Shown here in pieces: positions 19,262 through 28,925 of a stretch of DNA of 64,000 bases. Where the stretch lies: assembly GCA_038212275.1 (NCBI GenBank), contig JBBQUR010000009.1:128001-192000 (forward strand), in the 5' to 3' direction. How positions within the stretch are numbered: position 1 is the first letter of the stretch; every line of letters begins with the position of its first letter. The position numbers and the translations under genes are program-made. Below the pieces are notes generated by a model. The model saw nothing but the letters and a program-made list of their open reading frames with translations. It had not been told where the DNA came from and did no database searches. The DNA comes from Planctomycetota bacterium. Lineage in GTDB: Bacteria; Planctomycetota; B15-G4.

Positions 19262-22039
19262 ATGACGACGCACCACCGCTCGTTTTCGGTCCTCTCCGCT
19301 CTTCCCTTGTTCGCCGGAGCGCTGCTCGCGATGACATCGAATGCTGCTTCCCAGGAGATGCAGATCCCGTTCCAGAAGTTCGTGCTCGAGAACGGACTCG
19401 AGGTCGTGATCCTCGAGGACCACAGCGACCCGGTCGTCGCCGTCTACGTGAACTACCACGTGGGCAGCGGGCGCGAGGAACTCGGACGCTCCGGCTTCGC
19501 GCACCTGTTCGAGCACCTCATGTTCCAGGGCAGCGCGCACGTCGCCGACGACGGGCACTTCAAGCTCGTCAGCGGCGCCGGCGGCACGCTCAACGGCACC
19601 ACGAATCGCGACCGCACCAATTACTTCGAGACGCTGCCGTCCAACCAGCTCGAGACCGCGCTGTGGCTCGAGGCGGACCGCATGGGCTTCCTGCTCGGCG
19701 CGATCACGCAGGAGAAGCTGGACAACCAGCGCGAGGTGGTGAAGAACGAGCGCCGCCAGAACTACGAGAACGTGCCCTACGCGCAGGCCGGCAAGGACGT
19801 CATGGCCGCTCTCTATCCGCACGGGCATTCCTACAGCTGGCTCACGATCGGCAGCCACGAGGATCTCACGGCGGCGTCGCTCGAGGACGTGCGCGGCTTC
19901 TTCCGCCGCTGGTACGGCCCGAACAACGCGACGCTCGCCATCGGCGGCGACGTCGACGTGGAGCAGGCGCTCGCGCCGGCCAAGAAGTGGTTCGGCGGCA
20001 TCCCGCGCGGCCCGGACGTGGCCCGTCCCGTCGCGCGGCCCGCAGGCCTCGAGCAGACGATGCGCCTCGTCGCCGAGGACAAGGTGCAGCTCCCCGAGCT
20101 GAGCATCACGTGGCCGAGCGTGCCGAAGAACTCCGAGGACGAGGCCGCGCTGCTCATGCTTTCGGCCGTGCTCTCGGCCAACAAGTCCGCCATCCTCGAC
20201 CGGGCGCTGACCATCGACGAGGTGCTTGCCACGCGCGTTTCCGCGTCGCAGGACAGCGGCGAGGTCGCCGGCGAGTTCGACATCACCGTGCGCGCCGCGC
20301 CGGGCGTCACGCTCGATGCGCTGGAGCAGAAGGTGCACGACCTGCTCGCGAAGGCCGCGCACGACGGCATCGACGCCGCGGCGCTCAAGCGCCAGCAGAC
20401 GCGCTACGAGGCCAACTTCGTGAACCGCCTCGAGACGGTCTCCGCGCGCACGTCCGCGCTGGCCGAGGCCAACACCTTCACCGGTGACCCGGCCACGGCC
20501 ACGGGCCTCCTGAAGCAGGTGCTCGCGGTCACGCCGGCGCAGGTGCAGTCGGTGCTGCAGCGCTACCTCATCGGCCGTCCGGCCGTGATCATGTCGGTGG
20601 TGCCGCTCGGCAAGCTGGACATGGCCGCGTCGGGCCGCAGCAGCGCGCAGCTCGCCGTCGAGCAGGGCGTGGACCGCAGCACGCAACCGCAGCCGTCCGC
20701 GCCCACCGCCTTCCGCCCGCCGGTGCTGTGGCACGACATGCTGGCCAACGGCGTGATGGTCACCGGCACGCTCTACACGGAGCTGCCGCTCGTCACGATG
20801 CAGCTGGCTGTGCCGGCCGGCAGCATGCGCGAGACTCTCGACCGGGTCGGCCTCGCGTCGCTCACGGCCGAGCTCATGAACGAGGGCACGACCACGCTCT
20901 CGACGACGGAGCTGGCCGACCGGCTGGATGAGCTGGGCGCCAACCTCAACGTGTCGGCGAACGACGACGAGATCGTGATCTCGCTGCGCGTGCTGCAGCG
21001 CAACCTGCCCGCGGCCGTCGGCCTGCTGCAGGACGTGCTGCTGCGTCCGCGCTTCTCGCAGCAGGACTTCGAGCGCATCCGCACGCAGCGCCTCGCGGCG
21101 CTGGCGACGCGCGGCGACAGCATCCGCACGATCGTCGGCAACGCGTGGGGCCGCCTGCAGTATGGCAAGGACAGCCCCGCGGGCTGGCCGTCGGCCGGCA
21201 CGACGGAGTCCGTGTCGCGGCTCACGCTCGATGACGTGAAGGCCTTCTACAAGGCGAATGTGGTGCCCGGCGGCTCGCGGCTGATCGTCGTCGGCGACCT
21301 GCAGCCCGCCGCGGTGCACGACCTGTTCGCGCCGCTGGTGGCCAGCTGGAAGGGCGCGGCGCCCGCGCCGATCGCCGCGTCGGTGCGGCCCACCGTGGAC
21401 GGCACGCGCATCTACCTCGTGGACAAGCCCGGTTCGCCGCAGTCCGAGATCCGCATCGGGCACGCCTCCGTGGCGGCCACGGATCCGGACTACTATCCGC
21501 TGTCCGTGCTGAACTACATCCTCGGCGGCGCCTTCAGCAGCCGCATCAACATGAACCTGCGTGAGGACAAGGGCTACACCTACGGCGCGCGCACCGGCTT
21601 CGCGGGCGGCCTGCGACCGGGCAGCTTCACCGCGAGCAGCCCGGTGCGCACGGACGTCACGAAGGAGTCCGTGATCGAGCTCATGAAGGAGCTCAACGCC
21701 ATCAAGGAGGGCGTCACGGAAGAGGAGACCGTCTTCGCTCGCGAGGCCCTGGCGCAGTCGATGAACCGTCAGTACGAGTCCATCGGAAGCCTCGCCGGCC
21801 TGCTCGACAACGTGAGCCAGCTCGGCTACCCGGACGACTATCCCGCACAGCGGCTCGCGCTGCTCGGCACGATCTCCAAGGCCGACCTCGACGCGCTCGC
21901 GACGAAGGCCATCCACCCGGACCGCGCGATGATCCTCGTCGTCGGCGACAGCGAGAAGGTGAAGGAGGGCCTGGATTCGCTGGGCTACGGCCCGGTGATC
22001 GAGCTGGACATCGACGGCAATCCGATCGCGCAGAGCTGA
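19262..22039 (+). CDS. secreted M16 (pitrilysin-type) zinc peptidase
   Basis: signal peptide; HLFEH inverted zincin motif, VVKNER, YGPNNATL; second half ILGGAFSSRINMNLREDKGYTYG. Confidence 0.93.
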   Translation: MTTHHRSFSVLSALPLFAGALLAMTSNAASQEMQIPFQKFVLENGLEVVILEDHSDPVVAVYVNYHVGSGREELGRSGFAHLFEHLMFQGSAHVADDGHFKLVSGAGGTLNGTTNRDRTNYFETLPSNQLETALWLEADRMGFLLGAITQEKLDNQREVVKNERRQNYENVPYAQAGKDVMAALYPHGHSYSWLTIGSHEDLTAASLEDVRGFFRRWYGPNNATLAIGGDVDVEQALAPAKKWFGGIPRGPDVARPVARPAGLEQTMRLVAEDKVQLPELSITWPSVPKNSEDEAALLMLSAVLSANKSAILDRALTIDEVLATRVSASQDSGEVAGEFDITVRAAPGVTLDALEQKVHDLLAKAAHDGIDAAALKRQQTRYEANFVNRLETVSARTSALAEANTFTGDPATATGLLKQVLAVTPAQVQSVLQRYLIGRPAVIMSVVPLGKLDMAASGRSSAQLAVEQGVDRSTQPQPSAPTAFRPPVLWHDMLANGVMVTGTLYTELPLVTMQLAVPAGSMRETLDRVGLASLTAELMNEGTTTLSTTELADRLDELGANLNVSANDDEIVISLRVLQRNLPAAVGLLQDVLLRPRFSQQDFERIRTQRLAALATRGDSIRTIVGNAWGRLQYGKDSPAGWPSAGTTESVSRLTLDDVKAFYKANVVPGGSRLIVVGDLQPAAVHDLFAPLVASWKGAAPAPIAASVRPTVDGTRIYLVDKPGSPQSEIRIGHASVAATDPDYYPLSVLNYILGGAFSSRINMNLREDKGYTYGARTGFAGGLRPGSFTASSPVRTDVTKESVIELMKELNAIKEGVTEEETVFAREALAQSMNRQYESIGSLAGLLDNVSQLGYPDDYPAQRLALLGTISKADLDALATKAIHPDRAMILVVGDSEKVKEGLDSLGYGPVIELDIDGNPIAQS

Positions 22040-22145
22040 GGCGGAGCCTTCCGCGCGCCATCAACTCGGCGAGCGCTTCCGGCGTATGCTCGTCCCGCGA
22101 GCTCCGGCGTGCCCGTCCCGGGCAGGCAGTTCGCGGAGGTGGTGC

Positions 22146-22331
22146 ATGAACAAGTCGGCAACCGTCGCAAACTCGATCCTGTGGGCGGCGGCCATCATTG
22201 CCTCGGCCATTGTGTTGAAGGGCACGCCGCAGGCCTGGCCGATGCTCGGCATCCTGAGCGGCGCCGCCACGGCGTCCACGCTCCTTCTCGGGTCATCCTG
22301 CCGCCGGCAGGGGGCGCGCTCGCAGAACTGA
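22146..22331 (+). CDS. small two-helix membrane protein
   Basis: 61 aa, GGAGG Shine-Dalgarno before the ATG, two hydrophobic segments. Confidence 0.6.
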   Translation: MNKSATVANSILWAAAIIASAIVLKGTPQAWPMLGILSGAATASTLLLGSSCRRQGARSQN

Positions 22332-22400
22332 GCTGCGCCGCGCGCCGCGGCCGCAGCGCGCCTCCGGTCCCTCGTGGCGTTACCGCCGTGGCGGCTGTGC

Positions 22401-23165
22401 TCAGCCGCCCGTGCCCCAGCGGCGGTGCAGGAAGCGCTCGGCGGGGGCGAAGAGAAGTTTGTCGGCGAGCAGGCCGATGAGCACGATCACGAACATGATG
22501 CCGAGGACCTGGTCCATGGCGTGCAGTTCGCGGCCGTAGTGCAGCAGGTGTCCGAGGCCGAGGCCGCTGAGGATCGTGACGTAGATCTCCGCGGCCATGA
22601 GCGAGCGCCACGCGAAGGCCCAGCCCTGCTTCATGCCGGAGACGATGAAGGGCAGCGACGCCGGCATCGTCACGAAGAACAGCGTGTGGAAGCGCCGGCT
22701 GCCCATGGTGCGCGCGGCGCGGGCGTAGATCGGCGGCGCGTGGCGCACGCCGTTGTCCGTCGCGATGAGGATCGCCCACAGCGTGCCCATGACGACGACG
22801 AACTGCATCGCCATCTCGGTCTGCCCGAACCACACGAGCGCGAGCGGCACCCAGCACACGGACGGCAGCGTCTGCATGCCCAGCGCGAGCACGCCGAGCG
22901 TGTCCGAGCAGGCGCGGAATCGCGCGGTGAGGAAGCCCAACGGCAGTCCGAGCAGCAGCCCGATGGCGTAGCCGGACAGCAGCCGCCTGCCGGTGACGAA
23001 AGCGGCATCGAGCAGCGTGCCGTCCAGCAGCGCGCGCCACAGGTAGCGACCGACGGCCGACGGATCGGGCAGCAATACGGGTGACCAGCGCCCGCTATTC
23101 GCGAGCAGGTGCCACGCGAAGATCAGGGAGGCGAAGAACAGCGTGCCGATGACGAAGCGCTTCAT
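22401..23165 (-). CDS. ABC transporter permease (SsuC/TauC/NrtB type)
   Basis: LLPDPS, QTLPSVCWVPL, ARAARTMG, AFAWRSLMAAE, GLGLG. Confidence 0.9.
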   Translation of the reverse strand: MKRFVIGTLFFASLIFAWHLLANSGRWSPVLLPDPSAVGRYLWRALLDGTLLDAAFVTGRRLLSGYAIGLLLGLPLGFLTARFRACSDTLGVLALGMQTLPSVCWVPLALVWFGQTEMAMQFVVVMGTLWAILIATDNGVRHAPPIYARAARTMGSRRFHTLFFVTMPASLPFIVSGMKQGWAFAWRSLMAAEIYVTILSGLGLGHLLHYGRELHAMDQVLGIMFVIVLIGLLADKLLFAPAERFLHRRWGTGG

Positions 23166-24349
23166 GGCGCCTCTCCCTTGCGACGCTCGCCCCTGCGACG
23201 TTCGTCGCGCGCGGGATCGTCGGCTCCTTCGAGCCCGGTGTCGCTGCCGGCGATGGCGTCAGCGGCCTCCTCCGCCTCCGCGCCTTCGCCGCCCGCGGCG
23301 ACCTCGGCGGGCAGCTCGCCGCGGAAGGGCGCGTCGGGGCCGGCGCCTGCGGCGCGCTGCTGACGCCAGGGCTCGCCGTGCTCCGGGCCGTCGCCGCGCT
23401 GCGTGACGCCCGCGTGCACGTCGCCCGAGTGCGCGTCGGCCTCGCGGCCGAAGATGTCGCGCGGATCCATGCGCCGCGCGAAGTCCATCGCATGGCCGCC
23501 CAGCGACTTCAGCGACAGGCCACCGCGCTGGCGCGCACGCGAGCCGAAGCCGTTGGTGGGGAGATGACTCTTGAGAGCCTCGGTGATGTGCGCCGACAGC
23601 TCCGCGAGCGCCGCGCTATTCACGTTGCGCGGCCGGGGCAGGTCGATGACGAACTCCTCGCGGATGCGCCCCGGGTGCGGCGAGAAGAGGATGACGCGGT
23701 CGCCGAGGCACACGGCCTCGCGCACGTTGTGCGTCACGAAGACGAGCGTTTTGCGCCGCGCGGCCCAGATGCGCTGCAGGTCGAAGTACAGCACGTCGCG
23801 CGTCAGCGCATCGAGCGCGGCGAAGGGCTCGTCCATGAGCAGCATGCGCGGGTTGGGGGCGAGCGAGCGCGCCAGCGCGACGCGCTGCTTCATGCCCCCG
23901 GAGAGCTCGTGCACGTTCGCGTGCTTGAAGTCCTCCAGCCCAACCATGTCGAGGTAGAAGTCGGCCAGTTCGCAGCGCGCCTTGGGGTCCAGCCCGGGCT
24001 TGAGCTTCAGGCCGAAGAGCACGTTGTCGTAGACGTCGAGCCACGGGAAGAGCGCCGACTCCTGGAACATGACCATGCGGTCGCGCCCCGGCGAGGTGAC
24101 CGGGACGCCGTCCGAGAGCACGCGCCCCTTGTCCGGGAATTCCAGGCCAGCCGCCATGAAAAGCAGCGTGGACTTGCCGCAGCCGCTGGGACCCACCAGG
24201 CACACGACCTCGCCTTCGTTCACGGTGAGGTTGATGTCGGCCAGCGCCTCGACGCTGCCGCCGCGCGCGGTACGGAAGGTCTTGCCGACCGACTCGAGCA
24301 CCAGCTTGCCCGGTGCCGCATTCGCTTCGCCTTGCGCCGCGGACATCAC
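23162..24349 (-). CDS. ABC transporter ATP-binding protein (SsuB/TauB type) with long low-complexity C-tail
   Basis: GPSGCGKST, LSGGMKQR, LLMDEPFAALD, VTHN, LPRPR. Confidence 0.92.
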   Translation of the reverse strand: MMSAAQGEANAAPGKLVLESVGKTFRTARGGSVEALADINLTVNEGEVVCLVGPSGCGKSTLLFMAAGLEFPDKGRVLSDGVPVTSPGRDRMVMFQESALFPWLDVYDNVLFGLKLKPGLDPKARCELADFYLDMVGLEDFKHANVHELSGGMKQRVALARSLAPNPRMLLMDEPFAALDALTRDVLYFDLQRIWAARRKTLVFVTHNVREAVCLGDRVILFSPHPGRIREEFVIDLPRPRNVNSAALAELSAHITEALKSHLPTNGFGSRARQRGGLSLKSLGGHAMDFARRMDPRDIFGREADAHSGDVHAGVTQRGDGPEHGEPWRQQRAAGAGPDAPFRGELPAEVAAGGEGAEAEEAADAIAGSDTGLEGADDPARDERRRGERRKGEAP

Positions 24350-25362
24350 GGCACGACCACGAGGTTTGCGAGGTCACCCGCGTCGGTGAGGAAGCCGGCC
24401 GTCTGCGCCGCCTTCACGAAGTCGCGCAGCTGCTCGATCGCGAGGGCGTTCGTGACGTGCAGTCGCGGCCAGCAGTGAGCGATGAGCTCCGGCTTGACCG
24501 GACTGTGCGTCTCCTCGGTCAGCTCGGCGGCCACCAGCGCCTGGGCCTCGGCTGGGTGCGCCTCGATCCATTCCGTCAGCTCCGCGTGCGCGGCCACGAA
24601 GCGCTTTGCGAGGTCCCGGTGCTCCTCAAGAAAAGCGGTGCTGCACGCGAGCACCGTCGTGATCGCGTCGTCCTCGGACAGCATGATCCGGCCGCCGCAC
24701 TCCAGTTCGAGGCGCGAGACCCAGGGCTCCACGGTCCACACGCCGTCCAGCGCGCCGGACACGAAGAGGTCCAGCTGATCGGGGTTGGCGGTCGGGAGCA
24801 CGCTGACATCGCCGCCCGTCTGCGTGACGTGGAAGCCCTGGGCCGCGAGCCACGCGCGGCAGGACACGTCCTGCGTGTTGCCGAGCTGCGGCGTCGCGAT
24901 CCTGCCGCCGCGGAAGTCCTCGGGTGCGGCGATGCGTCCGTCGCCGTGGACCACCAGCGCCGCGCCGCCGTTCGTGGCGCCTGCGAGCAGGCGCACCTCC
25001 GCGCCGCCGGACCTGATGTACGCATTGAGCGCCGGGTTCGGGCCGACGTAGGTCACGTCGAGCGAGCCCGAGAGGATGGCCTCCATCGCGCTGGGCCCCG
25101 CATTGTACGTGTACCACTCGATGCGCACGTCCGGCCCGAGCCGCTGCTCGAACCAGCCCTCGCCCTTGCGCGAGAGCGCGTGCGCCACGAGGCCGTGCGC
25201 GTGCGTCACGTTGGGAAAGTGCCCGACGCGCAGGACCTGAGCGGCAGGCGGAGCGCCGGATTCGGAGGAGGGGCCGGACGCGGGAGTGCGGGAGTCGCCG
25301 CAGGCGGCGAGTCCCGCGAGAAGCGCGAGGGCTGGAAGTCGGGAGAGCGGCCGCGTGTGCAT
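24346..25362 (-). CDS. ABC substrate-binding lipoprotein (aliphatic sulfonate SsuA-like)
   Basis: lipobox LAAC; GHFPNVTHA, NAGP, YVGPNP, ATPQLGNTQDV, EPW. Confidence 0.88.
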   Translation of the reverse strand: MHTRPLSRLPALALLAGLAACGDSRTPASGPSSESGAPPAAQVLRVGHFPNVTHAHGLVAHALSRKGEGWFEQRLGPDVRIEWYTYNAGPSAMEAILSGSLDVTYVGPNPALNAYIRSGGAEVRLLAGATNGGAALVVHGDGRIAAPEDFRGGRIATPQLGNTQDVSCRAWLAAQGFHVTQTGGDVSVLPTANPDQLDLFVSGALDGVWTVEPWVSRLELECGGRIMLSEDDAITTVLACSTAFLEEHRDLAKRFVAAHAELTEWIEAHPAEAQALVAAELTEETHSPVKPELIAHCWPRLHVTNALAIEQLRDFVKAAQTAGFLTDAGDLANLVVVP

Positions 25363-25439
25363 GGTTGTGGACCTCGGGCTGTGAAGCGGGGCAACACCTG
25401 GCCGGGCCGTTGAGCTCGCCAGGCGGCGCGCGCTCCAGA

Positions 25440-25455
25440 TGCAACTGCCATGCCG
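25440..25455 (-). promoter_or_regulatory. sigma54 (-24/-12) promoter for the ABC operon
   Basis: minus strand CGGCATGGCAGTTGCA = GG-N10-GC with TTGCA, ~78 nt upstream of the ATG at 25362. Confidence 0.65.
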
Positions 25456-25671
25456 TCGTCGGCGGCGGCGTACGAAGGCCCTGGTTCGGCCCTTCGTGCC
25501 CGTTCGTGCGGGATGACCACGGGCGCGCGGCAAGCGGACGGGCGCGCTGCGACCTGCTGCCGCGGCGCGCCCGCAAGTTTCACGGGATGCGGCCATCACG
25601 GGTCATGGCTTCCCGTGTCCCGTGACGGCCGCGGTCCCCCGGCCGTCTCGTGCCGGCCGGTCTCGGAGGAC

Positions 25672-26967
25672 TCAGAACTGGATCTGGTACTGAAGGCGGA
25701 TGCGGTCCTGGTCGGGAGTGGAGCCGTCGTTGTCCAGCTTGCTGTAGTCGAGCTGCCACTTGCCGTTGTTCTTGTCGACGTAGTAGTTCACGCCGGCCGA
25801 GTACTCGTTCTTGTCGTCCGCGGACTCGTAGTTGATGTGCGAACTGCGCGCGACGACTTCCCAGCGGTTGGGAACGAGGAAGTATCCGACCTGGAACGTG
25901 TCGCCGGAGTCATGCATGCCGTCGGCGTTGTTGAGGTTCGCGTTGCGGTCGTAGAGTTCCGCGAGGAGCGACCAGGGGCCGGAGAAGACCTGCGCGTCGA
26001 TACCCGACGTGTTGGTCTGGGCGCCCGGCGTGACCGTGGTCTTGCCGGTGGAGTCGTCGTTCTGCATGAACGAGGCGCCGATGGCTGCCTTCGTGCTGCC
26101 GTCGTCGACCGTCGAGAACGACATGCCCTCGGCCTTGAGCGGCACGTCGTTCACGTTCCAGACGATGCGCGCCGACTTGCGCAGGCCGTTGCGGTCCTCG
26201 CCCGCCGCATTGCTCGCGCCGGGGCCCTGGCCGTTGCTGATGTCGGCGTAGTACTCGAACATGCCGTCCCCGAGGATGCCGTGGAGCATGGCGCCCGGTT
26301 CGTACGAGGGCGCGAACTCCGTCGACGCGATCGAGCGTTCGATGAGCGACAGCCCCCAGCTGGAGATCAGCTCCTCGCGCCCGAACGGCACCTTGAACTG
26401 TCCGAAGCGCAGCGCGGCCAGCGGGCCGAAGGCCCAATTGATGTAGCCGTCGCGCAGGGAGGAATTCTTGGTGGTGGAAGACGAGGTGAAGCTGCTCTGC
26501 GTGGGGATGTCGAACTCGAGCTTGTAGGTCACGTTTTCAGCCCCGGCCTTGCCCTCGAAGCCGACGTAGGCGCGCGGGACGCTGAAGTTGGTGCCGTCAC
26601 CGGTGTCGGCGTCGGAGTTGTCGTTCTCGGCACGCACCTGCATCTTGCCCTTGATGTTCATGGACCACTTGCCGTCGGCGGACCGGAAGTCCAGCTTGCC
26701 GGGCTGCCCGCCGCGCACCATGACGTCCGGCGCCTGGAGCCGCTGCAAGCTGGCCTCGATGAGCGCCACCTCGTTGGCGTGCGCATCGACGCGCTGCTGG
26801 GCGAGCTGCTGCAGCTCGGCGTACTCGGCGTCATTGATGAGCCCGCGCGCCTTCAGCACGTCGAGGATCGCGAGGTCGAGGGAGTCGTCGGTGGATTGGG
26901 CCGCGGCCGCCGCTGGCAGCGCCAGCACCGCGGCAGCAACGAGAAGACGGGTCGTACGTCGAAGCAT
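25672..26967 (-). CDS. OprO/OprP-like (anion-selective) porin
   Basis: signal peptide; RDGYIN, RFGQFKVPFGREELISS, IERS motifs; C-terminal QYQIQF beta-signal. Confidence 0.85.
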   Translation of the reverse strand: MLRRTTRLLVAAAVLALPAAAAAQSTDDSLDLAILDVLKARGLINDAEYAELQQLAQQRVDAHANEVALIEASLQRLQAPDVMVRGGQPGKLDFRSADGKWSMNIKGKMQVRAENDNSDADTGDGTNFSVPRAYVGFEGKAGAENVTYKLEFDIPTQSSFTSSSTTKNSSLRDGYINWAFGPLAALRFGQFKVPFGREELISSWGLSLIERSIASTEFAPSYEPGAMLHGILGDGMFEYYADISNGQGPGASNAAGEDRNGLRKSARIVWNVNDVPLKAEGMSFSTVDDGSTKAAIGASFMQNDDSTGKTTVTPGAQTNTSGIDAQVFSGPWSLLAELYDRNANLNNADGMHDSGDTFQVGYFLVPNRWEVVARSSHINYESADDKNEYSAGVNYYVDKNNGKWQLDYSKLDNDGSTPDQDRIRLQYQIQF

Positions 26968-27056
26968 GGAGTGTTCCCGGGCACGAGAGGGGACGCGCCG
27001 CGGGGACGCGCGCGCGTCCCGGTTCCGCGGTGCGCACCAGGGGTCGCGGGGGGCAG

Positions 27057-27072
27057 AGAAAAAACCGTGCCA
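27057..27072 (-). promoter_or_regulatory. degenerate sigma54 promoter for the porin gene
   Basis: minus strand TGGCACGGTTTTTTCT: perfect -24 box, TTTC instead of TTGC at -12, ~90 nt upstream of the ATG. Confidence 0.4.
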
Positions 27073-27245
27073 CCTCGCGGGTGCGCCCAATGCCAGCGCG
27101 GCCGGCCAACGGGCGTTGCGCGTGTGCGCCACGACGATTCGAGCCGTTGCCGAGGCGTGCGTGCGCAGCTTCGCGTGGTGCCGGTGGCGTGTACCCGTTG
27201 CCTATACTGGCGCGGCCATGAACGCTCCGTGACCCGACACGGGCG

Positions 27246-27261
27246 TGGCACGGCGTTTGCA
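27246..27261 (+). promoter_or_regulatory. consensus sigma54 promoter upstream of the bEBP gene
   Basis: TGGCACGGCGTTTGCA matches TGGCAC-N5-TTGCA exactly. Confidence 0.8.
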
Positions 27262-27290
27262 AACTCCACGTCCTCGTGACCGGACTCCCC

Positions 27291-28865
27291 ATGCCATTCC
27301 TGATCGAGGCCTGGCGCCAGGCCTGTCGCCACAGCGAGATCGGCGACTCGGTGGCCAGCCTTGCGCCGCTCATCGCGAGCCAGATTCCGCTGCAGGCGCT
27401 GCTCGTGCGGCGGTTCGACGCGACGCTTGGTCGGTTGGAGACCGTGGCGGCGGTGGGTCCCGGGCTGCCGTCGATCGGTGCGCGCACGGAGCTGGAGTCG
27501 TCGCAGAGCATGGCGCTGCTTGCGTGGTGCAAGGCCGGCGCCATCCTGCACGCGTCCACCTCGGCGCCGACCACGCTGATCACCGCTCTGCTGCCGCAGG
27601 GGCCGACCGGCGATGTCCTCGCGGGCCCGCTGCGCGAGGGCGAGCAGGCCGTGGGCGTCGTGCTGCTCGTCGGCTACCCGGGCAGCAGTTTCGACAGCCA
27701 GCACGAGACTGTGCTGGCGTCATTGCTCGAGCCGATCTCCGTCGCGCTCTTGAACGACCGCCGCGTGCTGGAGCTGGCGCGGTTGCGCGAGGCGGTGGAG
27801 GCCGACAATCGCGCGCTGCTCACCCGCCTGCAACGCGACGACATCAGCGATTCCGTGGTTGGCGCGGAGGCCGGCCTCGCCGGCGTCATGGAGCAGGTGG
27901 GCCAGGTGGCGCCCACCGAAGCCCCTGTGCTCATCCTGGGCGAGACCGGCTCCGGCAAGGAGGTCATCGCGCGTGCGATCCACGAGCGCAGCCGCCGCTC
28001 CGCCGGGCCGGTAGTGCGCGTGAATTGCGGCGCGATCCCGTCCGAGCTCGTGGACAGCGAATTGTTCGGGCACGAACGCGGCAGCTTCACGGGCGCCGTG
28101 AATGCGCGCAAGGGCTGGTTCGAGCGCGCCGACGGCGGCACGCTCTTCCTCGACGAAATCGGCGAGCTTCCGCTCGCGGCGCAGGTGCGCCTGCTGCGCA
28201 TCCTGCAGGACGGCAGCTTCGAACGCGTGGGCGGTCATCGTCCGCTGAGCGTGGACGTGCGCCTCGTGGCCGCCACGCACCGCGACCTGCAGGAGATGGT
28301 GGCGCAGGGCGGCTTCCGCCAGGACTTGTGGTACCGCATCAGCGTCTTCCCGATCCGCCTGCCGGCGCTGCGCGAGCGGCGCGGCGACATCGCGGCCCTC
28401 GCGCGGCATTTCGCGCAGCGCGCGGGCCTGCGTCTCGGTGGCGTTGCGCTGCAACCGTCGGCGGACGACCTGGCGCAGCTCGCCGCGTATGACTGGCCCG
28501 GCAACGTGCGCGAGCTGGCATCGGTGATCGAGCGCGCGACGATTCTCGGCGGGGGCAGGCAGCTCAACATCGCGGCCGCGCTCGGCGGCGGCCAGCGGCC
28601 CGCGGCTCCGTCCGCAGCGGGCAGTGCGCACGAGGCGCAGGGCGACCCGACGGTCGCGGCATCCGGCGCCGCGGCACAGCACGCAGCCTCGCTCGATGCC
28701 GCGATGATCGGACACATCGAGTCCGCTCTCGTCGCGACGGGCGGCCGCATCGAGGGGCCGTCAGGCGCCGCGGCCCGTCTCGGCATCAATCCCCACACGC
28801 TTCGCGCCCGGATGCGCAAGCTCGGCATCGACTGGGGCCGCTTCCGCACGCCGCCGGATCGGTAG
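27291..28865 (+). CDS. sigma54-dependent enhancer-binding protein (GAF-like/AAA+/Fis HTH)
   Basis: GETGSGKE, ELFGHERGSFTGA, LFLDEIG, WPGNVREL, AAARLGINPHTLR; alternative GTG start at 27276. Confidence 0.93.
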   Translation: MPFLIEAWRQACRHSEIGDSVASLAPLIASQIPLQALLVRRFDATLGRLETVAAVGPGLPSIGARTELESSQSMALLAWCKAGAILHASTSAPTTLITALLPQGPTGDVLAGPLREGEQAVGVVLLVGYPGSSFDSQHETVLASLLEPISVALLNDRRVLELARLREAVEADNRALLTRLQRDDISDSVVGAEAGLAGVMEQVGQVAPTEAPVLILGETGSGKEVIARAIHERSRRSAGPVVRVNCGAIPSELVDSELFGHERGSFTGAVNARKGWFERADGGTLFLDEIGELPLAAQVRLLRILQDGSFERVGGHRPLSVDVRLVAATHRDLQEMVAQGGFRQDLWYRISVFPIRLPALRERRGDIAALARHFAQRAGLRLGGVALQPSADDLAQLAAYDWPGNVRELASVIERATILGGGRQLNIAAALGGGQRPAAPSAAGSAHEAQGDPTVAASGAAAQHAASLDAAMIGHIESALVATGGRIEGPSGAAARLGINPHTLRARMRKLGIDWGRFRTPPDR

Positions 28866-28925
28866 AGTGCAGGCGCCGCCAGGCGCCCGTCGCCCGGCTT
28901 CATCGCTCTGCGAGAGGAGTCCGCC

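Noticed and set aside
17279..21916. 1545-aa minus-strand ORF
   Set aside because: Only the last ~580 aa are Zwf; the rest is the stop-free antisense shadow of the M16 peptidase caused by GC3 bias.
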